Source: a virus
Strand: one strand, 5' to 3'
Length of the DNA stretch: 64,000 nucleotides
Virus record (IMG/VR): IMGVR_UViG_3300001305_000002
Span: 29,340-93,339 of that record
Positions 40,451 to 51,907 of the stretch are shown here, in pieces. How positions within the stretch are numbered: the stretch's first letter is position 1; every line of letters begins with the position of its first letter. Both the position numbers and the translations under genes were made by a program. A model generated the notes under the pieces. It had not been told where the DNA came from. It searched no databases and saw only the letters and a list, made by a program, of their open reading frames with translations.

Positions 40451-41125
40451 TTAGAACTCTTCAGCTTTAGTGACTCCGTTGAGTTGCTTCAATTTGTATC
40501 GCTTATCTGCATACTCAAGAAAGATGTCATCATGAGTAACGACAACAATCTGAACCTTAGTCTTGTTAACTAACTCCAGCATGAATTCAAGAAGTGGTCT
40601 ACGGTATTCTGCTGAGACATGAGAGAAGGACTCATCCAGAACCAGAATAGGTTCTTTAATATCTTTATTCAAAAGCAAGACCACGAGGCGCAAGAGGAAT
40701 CCTACTGTTGCAGCCATTCCACCTCCGCGAGAGTCCATGACAGATGTCTCTACAGATGCCCCGTTAAGGCCCCTAGATTTAACGAGGAATTTAATTTCTG
40801 GCGTCTTACCCCTCTGGGTAGCAACGAGATTAAAAGACAGATCCTCATCAAAAATAGATCGCAGGCCACGGGTTACTAACTCTTCAATTTTCTGCTGTGC
40901 GTCAAACTGTCTTTGCTCACCTATAGAAGCTAGAGTAATGGCTACTTTGTTGTACAATTCGACATCATTGAGATTTACTTCAATTTCTTCTCGAATCTGT
41001 TTACTGTTGGTTGCCATTACTCTAGCTTCTGCGATTCGCCTGTCAAGAACTTTTGTTGCTCGATTCAGTCGAGTCTTGATACTAGCTAAATTATTCAATA
41101 CTATCCTTTCATAGGGCTTCTTCAA
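40451..41125 (-). CDS. Rad50/SbcC-like ATPase, C-terminal half only
   Basis: Coiled coil, signature-like SRGGG, Walker B/D-loop ILVLDESFSHV, VVTHD; no Walker A. Confidence 0.8.
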   Translation of the reverse strand: MKKPYERIVLNNLASIKTRLNRATKVLDRRIAEARVMATNSKQIREEIEVNLNDVELYNKVAITLASIGEQRQFDAQQKIEELVTRGLRSIFDEDLSFNLVATQRGKTPEIKFLVKSRGLNGASVETSVMDSRGGGMAATVGFLLRLVVLLLNKDIKEPILVLDESFSHVSAEYRRPLLEFMLELVNKTKVQIVVVTHDDIFLEYADKRYKLKQLNGVTKAEEF

Positions 41126-41567
41126 TTATTTTGATGATTTCAGGATCTACCTTCAGTTCTTTCATTTCTGCGAGCATGTCTTTCTGCTTTTGCAGTCGAG
41201 CAATTTCAGCATGTTTAGTTGCAATCATCTTTTGTGCCTTATTTTTTGGTAGAATACTGAAACTATTCCAGTCCTTAACATAAAGGTACACAAAATAAAA
41301 CATACCTACGAACCAAAAAATACCTAGCATCTTTGCGTTAAAGATAGCTTCGTATTCTTCTTTTAGCACAAAAGCATAGGCCGCCTCTTCGGCGGTATTT
41401 ACTCTAAAAGTACTTTTATATACTCCTTCTAAATAAGGACTGTTGTTGAGTTGTTTCAATTTAGCTTCGAATACCGGTATGACTTTCTTGTTGAAGATAA
41501 GTCTTCCGACAGTTAATCCCATACTGATGTATACAACAATAATTAGAAGGACAATTAGCCATTCCAT
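41109..41567 (-). CDS. Two-TM membrane protein
   Basis: Two hydrophobic segments and a coiled-coil tail. Confidence 0.6.
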   Translation of the reverse strand: MEWLIVLLIIVVYISMGLTVGRLIFNKKVIPVFEAKLKQLNNSPYLEGVYKSTFRVNTAEEAAYAFVLKEEYEAIFNAKMLGIFWFVGMFYFVYLYVKDWNSFSILPKNKAQKMIATKHAEIARLQKQKDMLAEMKELKVDPEIIKIIEEAL

Positions 41568-41774
41568 AGTGATTTCACTTTCTTGTTGATGAAGTAATTA
41601 CTTATCGTTACTACAACAAATAATGCTGTAGGTAATCCAACGATCTTCAATGCTGTCAGAATCACATCTTTGTTGGCATAAAAATGATCTACCCAAGACT
41701 GGTAAATCTCAGGTAGATCATCATCGTACATATCACAATCCATGCATTAAGTCTAGCATGAACGTTTCAGCAGG

Positions 41775-42257
41775 TCAAGCAGGGTTTGCTACGCTAGCAC
41801 AGTAATTCTGATTAGCATCCTGAGCAAACTCGAAAGCATCGTTACCATCAATGCCTGCTATTTTGGCAGATTCCTTAATGGCTAGAAGTGCTAGATCACT
41901 GTCTGCCCAATCAGCACCAGACTTCTCGATAACAGCACATACTCCATTAGCAGCCTTAAGAATTGCATACTCAGGAACATCAGGGTATTTAGCTCCCCAA
42001 CGCTTAGCGAATTGAACAGCAGGAGGAACAGCCTCAGATGAACTAGGAGCTACGCTAGGTTCCTTTGTAGGTTCAGCTTCAGGCTCTTTAGTAGGCTTGG
42101 CTGTCTCTACAGGAGGTGTCTTAATAGGCCCTGGTTTAATTGTTGTTTGACTAGGACTCGGTACTGGTGTAGTTGGGTTGGGTTCAGAATTATTAGGGGT
42201 ACAGCCCATAAATAAGAATGAACTGATAACTAATGCAGTTACTACAGATTTCTTCAT
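41775..42257 (-). CDS. Pro/Thr-rich lipoprotein
   Basis: Lipobox FMGC, PT-rich linker, two-Cys C-terminal domain. Confidence 0.65.
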   Translation of the reverse strand: MKKSVVTALVISSFLFMGCTPNNSEPNPTTPVPSPSQTTIKPGPIKTPPVETAKPTKEPEAEPTKEPSVAPSSSEAVPPAVQFAKRWGAKYPDVPEYAILKAANGVCAVIEKSGADWADSDLALLAIKESAKIAGIDGNDAFEFAQDANQNYCASVANPA

Positions 42258-42320
42258 ACGATTCTCCTAAAATAGAAAAAGGCGGTAAAGCCATAACAGC
42301 CTCACCGCCCTTTGTTGGTA

Positions 42321-42617
42321 TTACTTATTATACTTAATGTATGCACGATGAATAGCATCTAGATACTTACGATCTAGTTCTTGAACCTCAGCAGAGAGAT
42401 CTTCGAATTCCTTTAGGCTTTTGTGATCTGGCTTAGTGCGATTACGCCAGATTGCCCAGGCATCATGAACATCCTTTAGATTAGTATCTAGCTTCTTAGT
42501 AAACATAAGAAGCTCATAAAGCTCGATAAGATCATCACAGTCATTCATGCAAGCATCTACTGCAACAAGCTCATCTTTAAGGACTTGAAATGCAGTCTGT
42601 ACGTAGTTCACTGATTC
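42321..42617 (-). CDS. Conserved hypothetical phage protein
   Basis: LYELL...DVHDAWAIW...PDHKSLKEFEDLSAEVQELDRKY; GTG start after AGGAG. Confidence 0.6.
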   Translation of the reverse strand, partial: ESVNYVQTAFQVLKDELVAVDACMNDCDDLIELYELLMFTKKLDTNLKDVHDAWAIWRNRTKPDHKSLKEFEDLSAEVQELDRKYLDAIHRAYIKYNK

Positions 42618-43040
42618 TCCTAGAATCGTTCTTTGTTGTTGGAGCAAGACTAGCACTGCATAGACAGGGTGTCAAGGCAGCTCAGATTTAAATGAACAAG
42701 CTAACACCCAAAGGCCCTATAAGAAGACCCACGATGATTAATACAGTACCTAAAATAAAATCACGTTGCACTAATTTGATAACACCGACTACGACAAGAA
42801 TAACAGCTAGTAACCATAAGAGAAAAGACATATTTGCCTCCTTTTAGACCTATACGTTACTTTTCCTTATCGGTAAACATCTTTTTGTACTCGCTATCGA
42901 TGTACATAAGTACTAGAGCAATAATAAAGACGCTGATAGTAGGGAATTCACCGTGACGAATAAATACACAAGCAACAGCAACAAACCACGCAAGCATTTG
43001 TGCAGCAAAGATATAATCGCCTAGCTTTTCTTTAGTCATG

Positions 43041-43122
43041 AGGTGGATAAAGGAATCGAACCCTCAAGCTTTCACTTGGCATTCCTTAGCAAGGAATTTC
43101 GCTGACCTCAGCGCTATCCACC
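43041..43122 (-). tRNA. tRNA-Ser(GCU)
   Basis: GGTGGAT/ATCCACC, ATTCC-TTGCTAA-GGAAT, long variable arm. Confidence 0.85.
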
Positions 43123-43240
43123 GAAAAGCAACCCCTGAAAAAGCAGGCTGCTGTATTACTTATTCATAGTGCATCTTACACAGCTAGTTTTACCGGCTTC
43201 ATTATCTGCACCACAAAAATAACAAACCCAGCCAAAAATC

Positions 43241-44996
43241 CTACTCATAAAAAGTAACCTGACGGACTTCAGGCTTTACTTCTCGTGTTTCATCGTCTAG
43301 ATTACCACCACTATAACTAGCGTAGTAGCCATCACGACGGAAGAATCGAGTAGTAAGACCATCGGTAACAGAAATTACCATCCAGTAATCATCACCGCCA
43401 CCTTCACCACCATACTCTGCCTCAACCTTAGCTGTCAAGCCTTCAAGAGTGCCCTGTCGACCTTCGTACTTAAGTTCTTCCCAATATTCCTGCTCATCAA
43501 AATTACGGTCATTTTCAGGACCATAAGTCTCATCAAGATATTCTTCGAATGTACCAGAATAGCCTTCACGCCATGACGTAGGTTCCTGGGCAGAAACATA
43601 CTCTCCATAAATAAGAGTTTTAATAGCAAGACTAGCAGCTTCAGTAACAGAAAGATCTGATAGCATTAACTTCTCCAAACTGTAATTGTTTTTTCTTGCG
43701 GGAATACTTCGTTGTCTTCGCCTTCTTGCAGGTTATCACCAGAGTAGCTGTTATACCATCCCTGACGCTTGAAGTACCGGGTAGTGATTCCATCAGAAAG
43801 GCTGAGAATAACAAAAGAATCACTGGTATCAACAGCTTCACCATCAGAATGGGTAGCAACAAATTTAGCTGTTAAGTTATCTGATGTAAAAGACTTTCCT
43901 TTCTCAACATACTCTAGAAATGCTTGCCACACACCTTGTCTTTCGACTAAAGAATAATGCTCATAATCTTCAGGGTCCTCATCGTATTCTTCTTCAACAC
44001 AAGCTTTCCAGTCAGTATAATACTGTGACTGAAAACCTTTCTCAAGAAGAATAGTAAGAGCTACCTCAACTGCTACATGCGGTTCTAATTCTGCTACATT
44101 CATTTTTTACCTGAACCTCCACAAGGCTTGCAAGTAATATACTGCCCAACAAACCATCGCATACCTTCACCTTTGCATTCAGGACAATTCTTAGGCAATT
44201 TAGACAGCCTTCCAGTAAGTTTCGATTTTAGTAGCTTGATGAACTTCAACAATATTATCAACATCCCAGGACCAGCCTTCGTATGATGCATATGTACCAG
44301 GAAGGCGGTAAGTAGCATTTTCTTTACTGTCAGAAAGAGTAAAGATTATATAAGCATTCTCTGACTGACTATAACCATAAGAATCATAGTCGCGCTCATC
44401 GTTAATTTCAATAACAGTAAAATCCCAACCTTCAGGAACTTCTACATCATTGAAAGTAATACGATCTCCGACAGAATACTCGTAATGAAGCTCTGCAATA
44501 AAAATACCATCTTCTGCTTCATCTTGCTGACGGAATAGTTCTTTTACTTTCTCAACATCATGAACCATTGTCATTCCCATACTGTAGCAGTAACAAGCTT
44601 AGGCTTTACGATAGTCAAAGGACCACCATTCCAGGAGATTTCTCCATAAGAGTCAGCAGTGCCTAGCTTCTTAAAGAACATATCACTATCACCATACTGA
44701 AGAATGACATGGACATTAAAGGTAGTACCCTGAGGATACTCACTTTCAGAACCGTAATAACCTGATTCGATTTCATCGATAGCAGGCTTAAGTTTCTTAG
44801 CTACTACCTTAACAAATTCACCTATCTTAACATCAGCAACAATAGAATTAACAGCATGGCCATAACGACCGTCTGATTCAAATGCCTCCCAATTAGTAAT
44901 TTGCTCATCAATCTTCTGAGCGATTACAGCAGGAGAATCCTCAGCTAGCTCACTACCACAATACTTACAATTAACTGTCATTTTTTCCTTCTTCAT
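43241..44996 (-). CDS. Tandem family of four acidic paralogous proteins (43241..43678, 43666..44103, 44200..44580, 44571..44996)
   Basis: Shared C-terminal pattern such as ISVTDGLTTRFFRRDGYYASYSG / LSLSDGITTRYFKRQGWYNSYSG / FTLSDSKENATYRLPGTYASYEG. Confidence 0.7.
44100..44198 (-). CDS. Mini-protein with DnaJ-type zinc finger
   Basis: CPECKGEG...CKPCGGSG; TTG start right after the upstream stop. Confidence 0.55.
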   Translation of the reverse strand: MPKNCPECKGEGMRWFVGQYITCKPCGGSGKK

Positions 44997-45530
44997 TTAA
45001 AATATGTAAATCAATATCTTCTAAGCAATGAGGACATCGCGTCTTAATCCAATGAGATTTAAGAGTTACTTTTCGATAACTCGCTAATTGCTGTTCTTTT
45101 TCGTCTAACTCTCTAGTTATCTTTTTAACTAACAGCAGCATTTCTGCATTAGCTGTCCTGCTACTCTCAAGAAACTCAAGTAAAGAATTAAAAGATTTCT
45201 TAGATATGAACATTATTATACCTAATAATTTCTTGAATAGTCTTATGTTGATTATCAGCTATTTGGGATAGTAGAAGAATACTATCATTCAAAAATTGAA
45301 GATATTCTTGAAGTGAATAACTGTTTACTTCTCCAGTAGTTGAATCTCTAACATCTACAACTAGATATCTAATGTCCATATACTACTCCCTCATAGTTAT
45401 TTTTTATCCTTATATTTTCGTGTCTGCTTGCATTTCTTACAATTTATATCAGTTTTAATGTTACTGAAATGACAAGAGATTGCAGGCACATAACAAGCAC
45501 TGTTATCGTTGTCACCTCTGAGATGAATTA

Positions 45531-46307
45531 TCATAGTTTAATTAGTTTATTACGCTTACTATTATGGATCTTCATGTACTCATGAGGAGCAGCAAACTCT
45601 TTAAAGTTGTCTACAATGAAACGAGCACTCTTGCCTTTTGTCAATGAGACAACTGTCTTACGAAGTGCTTGCTGATAAGCTTTTCCAGGAGAATACCTGT
45701 AGTTAGTAGGAATCATCCATCTTTCAAGGGCTGTAGCAGCAATTTCCTCACGAAAAAGCTTGATCTGGTCATCAAAAGTCAAACCATTCCATAGCTTATC
45801 AGGATCGATATCTACTGTCTCGCCATCCTTAAGAATACGCTCATACAAAGGATGCTCGCCGTAAGCCACGCTTTCATGAATTGAGTCATGCTCGTAAATA
45901 CGTACTACGGCATCTTCAAAGAAGTCACCTGCTGCTTGCGCTAGATTCATCTTCTTCTTACCGTGCTTATTCTCCCAGATGGGATAAAGAAGCTTATGCA
46001 ATTCTAGGTCAAGTTGAGCACCGTTAGCCTTCATGAACATAATGTCGTACATATGCTTCTGCCAGTTAGCTACATTGTTGATTTCCCAGTATGAATGAGA
46101 AACCTTAATAGTGTAAAGCTGATTCAGCGTAGCAAACCCTGTAACGTCTAGCTGACTTCCTGCTAGCGCATCATGCCAGAATACATCATCAGGTGAATTT
46201 TGAATCAAGGCAGGATCATTAGGACGAGCAAATACATCAAGGTCCTTAGGCTCGCGTACGCCTGTTTTGAATAGTCGATAAAGTGCTGTACTTCCAACGA
46301 CTAGCAT
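45531..46307 (-). CDS. Putative nucleotidyltransferase (Pol-beta-like GS...DxD; DUF7275-like)
   Basis: MLVVGSTAL...REPKDLDVF; WQKHMYD; YEHDSIHESVAY. Confidence 0.6.
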   Translation of the reverse strand: MLVVGSTALYRLFKTGVREPKDLDVFARPNDPALIQNSPDDVFWHDALAGSQLDVTGFATLNQLYTIKVSHSYWEINNVANWQKHMYDIMFMKANGAQLDLELHKLLYPIWENKHGKKKMNLAQAAGDFFEDAVVRIYEHDSIHESVAYGEHPLYERILKDGETVDIDPDKLWNGLTFDDQIKLFREEIAATALERWMIPTNYRYSPGKAYQQALRKTVVSLTKGKSARFIVDNFKEFAAPHEYMKIHNSKRNKLIKL

Positions 46308-46598
46308 TAATTATTCTCCTAAAACATCTGATCGTCTACGCCAATATTACCTTCACGTAGACTGATTCTGAATGCATTGAAATGAATTGAACAAACAAAA
46401 AGAGGAATGACCATATCTTCTACAGGCTTCAACGCAATTGAATACGTTGGCGTAAATGGGCATCCCTCAAAATTATCATCATCTCTGATTTCAGCAGCTA
46501 AGACATTAGCATTATCAATAGCATAACACTTCTTACCGTAGCGTTCAGCGTCTTTCTCAGAGATATTTACAGCAGTAAATACTAACAATATCTATCCT

Positions 46599-46751
46599 TT
46601 ACAGTTTTCTATCTCGTGTACCTCTGCCTTTGCATTCAGGGCAATCTACCATAAGATTTTCTTTTCTCAGATAAATAGTTCCTGTGCCCTTACAGGCACC
46701 TTCACACTTCAGAGGCACTTTATCCTGTTTTGCTTCGTCTATATATGCCAT
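46599..46751 (-). CDS. Mini-protein with DnaJ-type zinc finger
   Basis: CEGACKGTG...CPECKGRG; AGGAG RBS before ATG 46751. Confidence 0.6.
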   Translation of the reverse strand: MAYIDEAKQDKVPLKCEGACKGTGTIYLRKENLMVDCPECKGRGTRDRKL

Positions 46752-46773
46752 AACAATTCTCCTAAAATAAATG

Positions 46774-46858
46774 CGGAAGTGGTAGGACTCGAACCCACAA
46801 GGATTGGTTACCCAGCCGCTTTCAAGGCGGTGTATCTCTCCCATGTGACAGCACTTCC
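46774..46858 (-). tRNA. tRNA-Ser(UGA)
   Basis: GGAAGTG/CACTTCC, CCGC-CTTGAAA-GCGG, long variable arm. Confidence 0.8.
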
Positions 46859-47427
46859 AAGATACCTACGTGAGTAGGCCATAAAACTAATTATATCAGT
46901 TATCCCAGCTCAATTCAACTGCTGGAGTTTCGTCCATCCAGCCTAGCACATCGATAGGATCTGCCGCACCAGAATCAATGCTCTCCTGGTCGATTGCTAG
47001 GATTTTATCTTTATCTGTAGTTCCGTAATTCTGTTCAGCGAAATCTGAATTCACATCATAGTAGCCAGTAATGACTACCTTTACTCGACTAATCATTTAC
47101 CCTACAATCTTAGCGATAGCGTATGCAATACCTACAAGAGGAAGAACAATACAGCAAGCAATAACAATCAACGTACCTACAACCATTCCACCAGCAAACA
47201 CGAATGTGCCAGTAGGAATATCATCTTCTTCCTCAAAGAAACTCAAGACGTTACCTCTCAGGTATAGTGATTGACTAGCTTAACGATTGCCCAGATAACA
47301 ACACACCAAAAGGCTGCTGTTGCAATAGCTCCTAGAGCCCAGAGGATGATAAAACCAATACCAAAGCCGACTTCAGGGTTTCGATTCTTACGGTACAAAA
47401 TGATTCTCCTATAATTTAGTATTTACG

Positions 47428-47502
47428 TACTTCATGTGGGAATCGAACCCACCTTAAAATATGTTATAAGCATACCCCTAGCTACCAGCCAGTCTATGAA
47501 GC
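47428..47502 (-). tRNA. tRNA-Ile(UAU)
   Basis: GCTTCAT/ATGAAGT, GTATG-CTTATAA-CATAT, GTGGG-TTCGATT-CCCAC. Confidence 0.8.
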
Positions 47503-47588
47503 AAGGTACCGCACTTAGGCTCAAACTAAGCTATGTCCTCGTTCGGTGCGGTAAGTATAGACTAGCACTGCTGCTAGCCTGTGTCAAC

Positions 47589-48179
47589 CTAGAAAGTATT
47601 GTACTGAGTGTTTCCGTTACCATACTGAAAACCGCGAGAATTAGTAATGTCAGGATAATAGTTTTTTACCCATTTAAGCATACGCATTTCTGTTCTTGCA
47701 TCATCTAGTGCATGATGAACTAATTCACCAGGCTCCCGTAGATCAGGAATAGTAGGATTTCCCCTTCGGAATACTTCTTGCTTTATGTCATTAGTCCACA
47801 TAGGCACAAAGTCAGGAAGATTAACCATTGCACCAAAAAGTTGACCTAGACAGACATGATCGTAAGCAGAATACCATCCCCATAGCTCTAAAGCAGAATC
47901 CTGAGATGCTTCATGTAGGAAATCAAATACTTTCCCACGAATGGCTAGATTACTCTTGAATGTTTCTGTACCTTCACCGACAACTAGAGAACCATCGTTG
48001 GTACAAGTAAGAATAGGTAGCACATTAGCTTTAAGCCAATCATGCTTATAGATATCACTCCAAGGAGCTTGAGCAAATTCATAATACAACTCTGCTCCAT
48101 CTTCACGAACCATTCCTACAGAAATAGGATAAACTCCATTCCCAGCTTCAAGGAATTCCCAGTCGTGCGTTACAATCAT
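47589..48179 (-). CDS. DEDDh 3'-5' exoribonuclease, RNase AS/Rv2179c-like
   Basis: HDWEFLE, ISVGMVREDG, WYSAYDHVCLGQLFG, HHALDDAR. Confidence 0.85.
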   Translation of the reverse strand: MIVTHDWEFLEAGNGVYPISVGMVREDGAELYYEFAQAPWSDIYKHDWLKANVLPILTCTNDGSLVVGEGTETFKSNLAIRGKVFDFLHEASQDSALELWGWYSAYDHVCLGQLFGAMVNLPDFVPMWTNDIKQEVFRRGNPTIPDLREPGELVHHALDDARTEMRMLKWVKNYYPDITNSRGFQYGNGNTQYNTF

Positions 48180-48322
48180 TTTTTATCCATTCTATCAAAC
48201 ATATGAGCTAGTATAGCAAATACGATAAATATCAACCCACAACACAACATAAACCAAGCCATCATAATTCTCCTAAAATACAAATAGAGGGCAAGAATAT
48301 TCTTGCCCTCTATTGTCGGCTA

Positions 48323-48769
48323 CTAGCTTCCGCCATACTTAGCCCCACCGCCACCAGTACCGACCTTAGAAGTTGATCCAGGGCCGCCTTTACCTACTAC
48401 ACCAGTCTTGATAGTACCATTACTGACCTTACCTGATGAAGGCAGACCATACTTTGAACGCATAGACTTATCTGCTACAGAAAACTTAGGTGCACTAGCA
48501 GGCAGTCTAGAGCCTACAGGATAGGTACTGTGCCCACCAGGAGGTGTGTGCATAGAACTTCCCATATACATAAAGAAGAATCCACCGCCACCTGAGCCAT
48601 CGGCATCATCACAGTAATCTTCATCTACTACTGTACCATTAGCATCAGTACAGTAGAAATGCCCATCCTCATTCTCATCTGCGCTATCACAAGCTGCAAG
48701 ACCACCTAGTACAAGGAATGCAGTCGTAGCACCTACAGCAACTCGACGTGAAAACATGCGTCGGGTCAT
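48323..48769 (-). CDS. Lipoprotein with Gly-rich tail
   Basis: Lipobox LAAC, C...VVDEDYC, Gly-rich C-terminus. Confidence 0.65.
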   Translation of the reverse strand: MTRRMFSRRVAVGATTAFLVLGGLAACDSADENEDGHFYCTDANGTVVDEDYCDDADGSGGGGFFFMYMGSSMHTPPGGHSTYPVGSRLPASAPKFSVADKSMRSKYGLPSSGKVSNGTIKTGVVGKGGPGSTSKVGTGGGGAKYGGS

Positions 48770-49324
48770 CTTTACCGATCGTTCCTTTCGTGTAAGTTAC
48801 TTAAACCGTACCAGGCTGGTCAGTTGGTGTCAAGCTCAATCTTTCCAAATGATTATTGAAAGAATACCTTCTACAAGATCTCCTAGCCAATTGAAAGAAA
48901 GCCTACGCTGCCTTTCTCGATACCTTGACATCTTTACCTTCTTTTGCTTGCGGGCAAGGAAATTGACATTCAATTCTAGTAATCTTCTTACTTGTAGAAG
49001 GGCAACGACATTGAGAAAAGATAGTTCCGTGTTTGCATTTGTTTATAAAGTGATTCATACCGATTCTCCTAAAATATAAATATAGAGTACCCAGTTATTT
49101 AGGTACTCTATATTTTTTGAAAAGGACAGGCGAAGGTCTTGCATCCTCCTGGGATCTTTCAGCCTCTAGAATTATAACGGAATCTTACCGTTCCCTCTAA
49201 ATGGCCTGCCCTATTACTATTAAGTTAGCAAAGGCGAGTAAGTGCTTCCTCAGTAGCGGAAACCTTTTTCTCTTTATGAAGATGGTTAGTCTTCTGTATT
49301 CGGTAACCAGCCGAACCTTTTCGG

Positions 49325-49401
49325 TGCTGTGTGTGAGAATCGAACTCACGTAGCATAATGCGTCGGGGTTACAGCCCAACTCCTGTCCCAGCAGCCACAG
49401 C
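49325..49401 (-). tRNA. tRNA-Tyr(GUA)
   Basis: GCTGTG/CACAGC, TTGGG-CTGTAAC-CCCGA, variable arm, GTGAG-TTCGATT-CTCAC. Confidence 0.75.
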
Positions 49402-50184
49402 ATGTGCCAGATTTATTCAGCTCTGGCGGGCTCTTGTAGCTCTAGCTTAGCAGGACCATCTAGGAGCTGTCAAGCTTTATCCTTTAAATGTCCCTGTATC
49501 AAGAACTTTATCGTTGTACCAGTACAATGTGTATTGACCATAACGATCAATCTCCACCATTCTACCATCTTCTAGGTAGATACGCATAGTTTCATTGCCA
49601 AGAAAGAAAGCAGAAATACCACTATCTGTTTCTATTAACTTTTCTTTGTCATCATTTTCCAGGTACATATTACTTCCTTAATGCTTAGGAATAGGTTGAT
49701 CAGGATGCCCACCAATATGAGAAATTGGCTTTCCGCAGACAGGGCAACGAGTCTTTCGACCTTCCTTAACCCAACGCCTACCTGATCCAGCACATGGCAT
49801 ATTAACTCCTAATACTTATCGAAGGATGTTACCATAACAGGCTGAGTATCAGCCATAAATATGTCATACCAATCTTCAAAGTTCAGATTAGCATCATTCT
49901 GTGAAAACCTGTCAGGAATAGGGTATGCTGTCAACTCTGGTAGTTGCTTCTTTAGCTCAACGACACACTGCGGGTGAACTCTAAGAAAATGCTCAGCAGT
50001 TGAAATAGGTGCGACACAACGAGCATCTTCAGAGAAGTGATCATCGTTACGCATGAACTGTACAATATCATACAGCATACCTACATTAGGTCGATTCTTA
50101 GCTAGCATCTTACCAGAAATGAGACTCAGAATCTCATCCTGAGGGAATAGTTTAGTCTTTACAGCCATTGAGTCCTCTTTCTTC

Positions 50185-50412
50185 TTACTTGCAGTCAGGC
50201 CAGCGCTTACCAACAGAGCACTTACGGGCAGTAGTCTTGCTTACCTTGTGCTTGTCGGTTTCGTTATCATCTTCTAGTACTGTAACACTACCCTTACCAG
50301 ACTTGATAACGACACCAGAGTCGATGTCAGAATCTTCCTCTGCGCTACCACAGGCAGATAGTGAGACGGCAAAAATAATAGCTGCTAGAGTTGCTGTAAT
50401 CTTCTTCATACG
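50185..50412 (-). CDS. Small lipoprotein
   Basis: MKKITATLAAIIFAVSLSAC lipobox. Confidence 0.65.
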   Translation of the reverse strand, partial: RMKKITATLAAIIFAVSLSACGSAEEDSDIDSGVVIKSGKGSVTVLEDDNETDKHKVSKTTARKCSVGKRWPDCK

Positions 50413-50441
50413 AGCAACTCTAGCAGCTAGGTTCTGGGCTG

Positions 50442-51650
50442 TCAACTTCTGAAGTTCAGGAGCTGAGCAATAGTAGCAATAGATGTATCGTTTTTCAGCA
50501 GGATAGGAGGTTTATAAGTTTTAGTGTTCTCAGCCAACAGAAACCTGCACTCATTATCAGGATAAGCCTTCAGCATTTCAGCTAAATGCAAATAATTAAC
50601 AACAATAGTTGTAGGTTTTCCTGCCCATGTACACTCAACTACTACTTTTGTAGAATTATTTATATTCCTTGAAGAAATAGTTACTTGAGTCTCTTCAAGT
50701 TCAAGAGTAATAGCGTTGTAATCATTATCTGATGTCAACCTTACCTGCTTGATAGCAGTAATAAGCAAATCTCTATTGATGATGAATTCAATATCATTTG
50801 TTAATGCAGGTCTAAGCCAGAGCTGCTCTACATTAGGATAAGGATCATTCATTTTGTCAAGATAAAAGATTACATTACTAAACTTGAAAACAAGCCTGTT
50901 AGCAGTCTCACCGATTTCAATAATCTCTTGATCTGTACTAGACAGAATTTTGAGAATAGTATTGATGCTAAAAGTAGGTAACTGCATATGAAGCTTGAAT
51001 CCATTAATTCTTACCTGCTGGAATCGTGAACCATCGCAGGCAGTGAATTTACCACCCTTGATATTGATCATACGCATAGAATCCTGCCCTGAATAATCTT
51101 TACCGGGCAATGCGTATTTAACAGCATTCAAAGACTGTAAGAATTCATTGCGAACAGCAGGATAGAATACTACCTCAGAGATATCATCCATTGTAAGATA
51201 ATCTTTGCCTTGAGGTAGTTTAATATCTGCACTATAGCTTCCTGCTACAATAGCTGCTCCTGTATTGGTGACTTCAATAAATACAGTAGAGCCTGCATCA
51301 GCTTCTTTGACAATACTCAAAAGAAGTTTAGCAGGAAATACTTGTGTCCCTGCTACCTTAACGTTTACGTCATCAGTAGAGACTACTACTGACATCTCCA
51401 TAGAGCTACCAATAACAGTTAATTGATTGGCTGTCAGTTTAAATTGAAAGTTAGTCAGTACAGGAATAAAGTCACGAGTAGGCACTACTGTGATAGCTTT
51501 CTCCATGAGATGAAGTAACACCTCACGAGAAATCTCAAAGCTAAGACCAATAGCGTCAGGAGTAGTTAAGGTGTTAGTCCTGTCTTTGAAGGTAGTTGTC
51601 TTTACTGGCTCAGCATCTTCAAGCCAACTTAAAATATCAGTGTCTAACAC
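50442..51650 (-). CDS. dnaN: DNA polymerase III beta sliding clamp
   Basis: Three-domain beta-clamp pattern: IPVLTNF...GSSMEMSV, FTACDGSRF, YPNVEQL, IVVNYLHL. Confidence 0.85.
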   Translation of the reverse strand: MLDTDILSWLEDAEPVKTTTFKDRTNTLTTPDAIGLSFEISREVLLHLMEKAITVVPTRDFIPVLTNFQFKLTANQLTVIGSSMEMSVVVSTDDVNVKVAGTQVFPAKLLLSIVKEADAGSTVFIEVTNTGAAIVAGSYSADIKLPQGKDYLTMDDISEVVFYPAVRNEFLQSLNAVKYALPGKDYSGQDSMRMINIKGGKFTACDGSRFQQVRINGFKLHMQLPTFSINTILKILSSTDQEIIEIGETANRLVFKFSNVIFYLDKMNDPYPNVEQLWLRPALTNDIEFIINRDLLITAIKQVRLTSDNDYNAITLELEETQVTISSRNINNSTKVVVECTWAGKPTTIVVNYLHLAEMLKAYPDNECRFLLAENTKTYKPPILLKNDTSIATIAQLLNFRS

Positions 51651-51658
51651 CTTAACTC

Positions 51659-51907
51659 CTAAAGATTATTATCATCCAACTTTTGGACTATGTTATTCAT
51701 CTTACTGTGCAAGTTGTCTTGTAGCTCTTTGAGCTTAGCACGAGCCTGCTCTACTGTGTCAACCCCAAACTTCTCACTGAGTTGAGCCATTGCAGTATCG
51801 ACAGTGTTTTGAGCTGTCTGTCTTGTTACTTCGGCACGAGCAGATGCGATTCTGCCAGCATCAATTCTAGCTTTAAGGGCTGAAATCTTATTGTCTATTT
51901 CACTCAC
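51659..51907 (-). CDS. Small coiled-coil protein
   Basis: LSEKFGVDTVEQARAKL pattern. Confidence 0.6.
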   Translation of the reverse strand: MSEIDNKISALKARIDAGRIASARAEVTRQTAQNTVDTAMAQLSEKFGVDTVEQARAKLKELQDNLHSKMNNIVQKLDDNNL

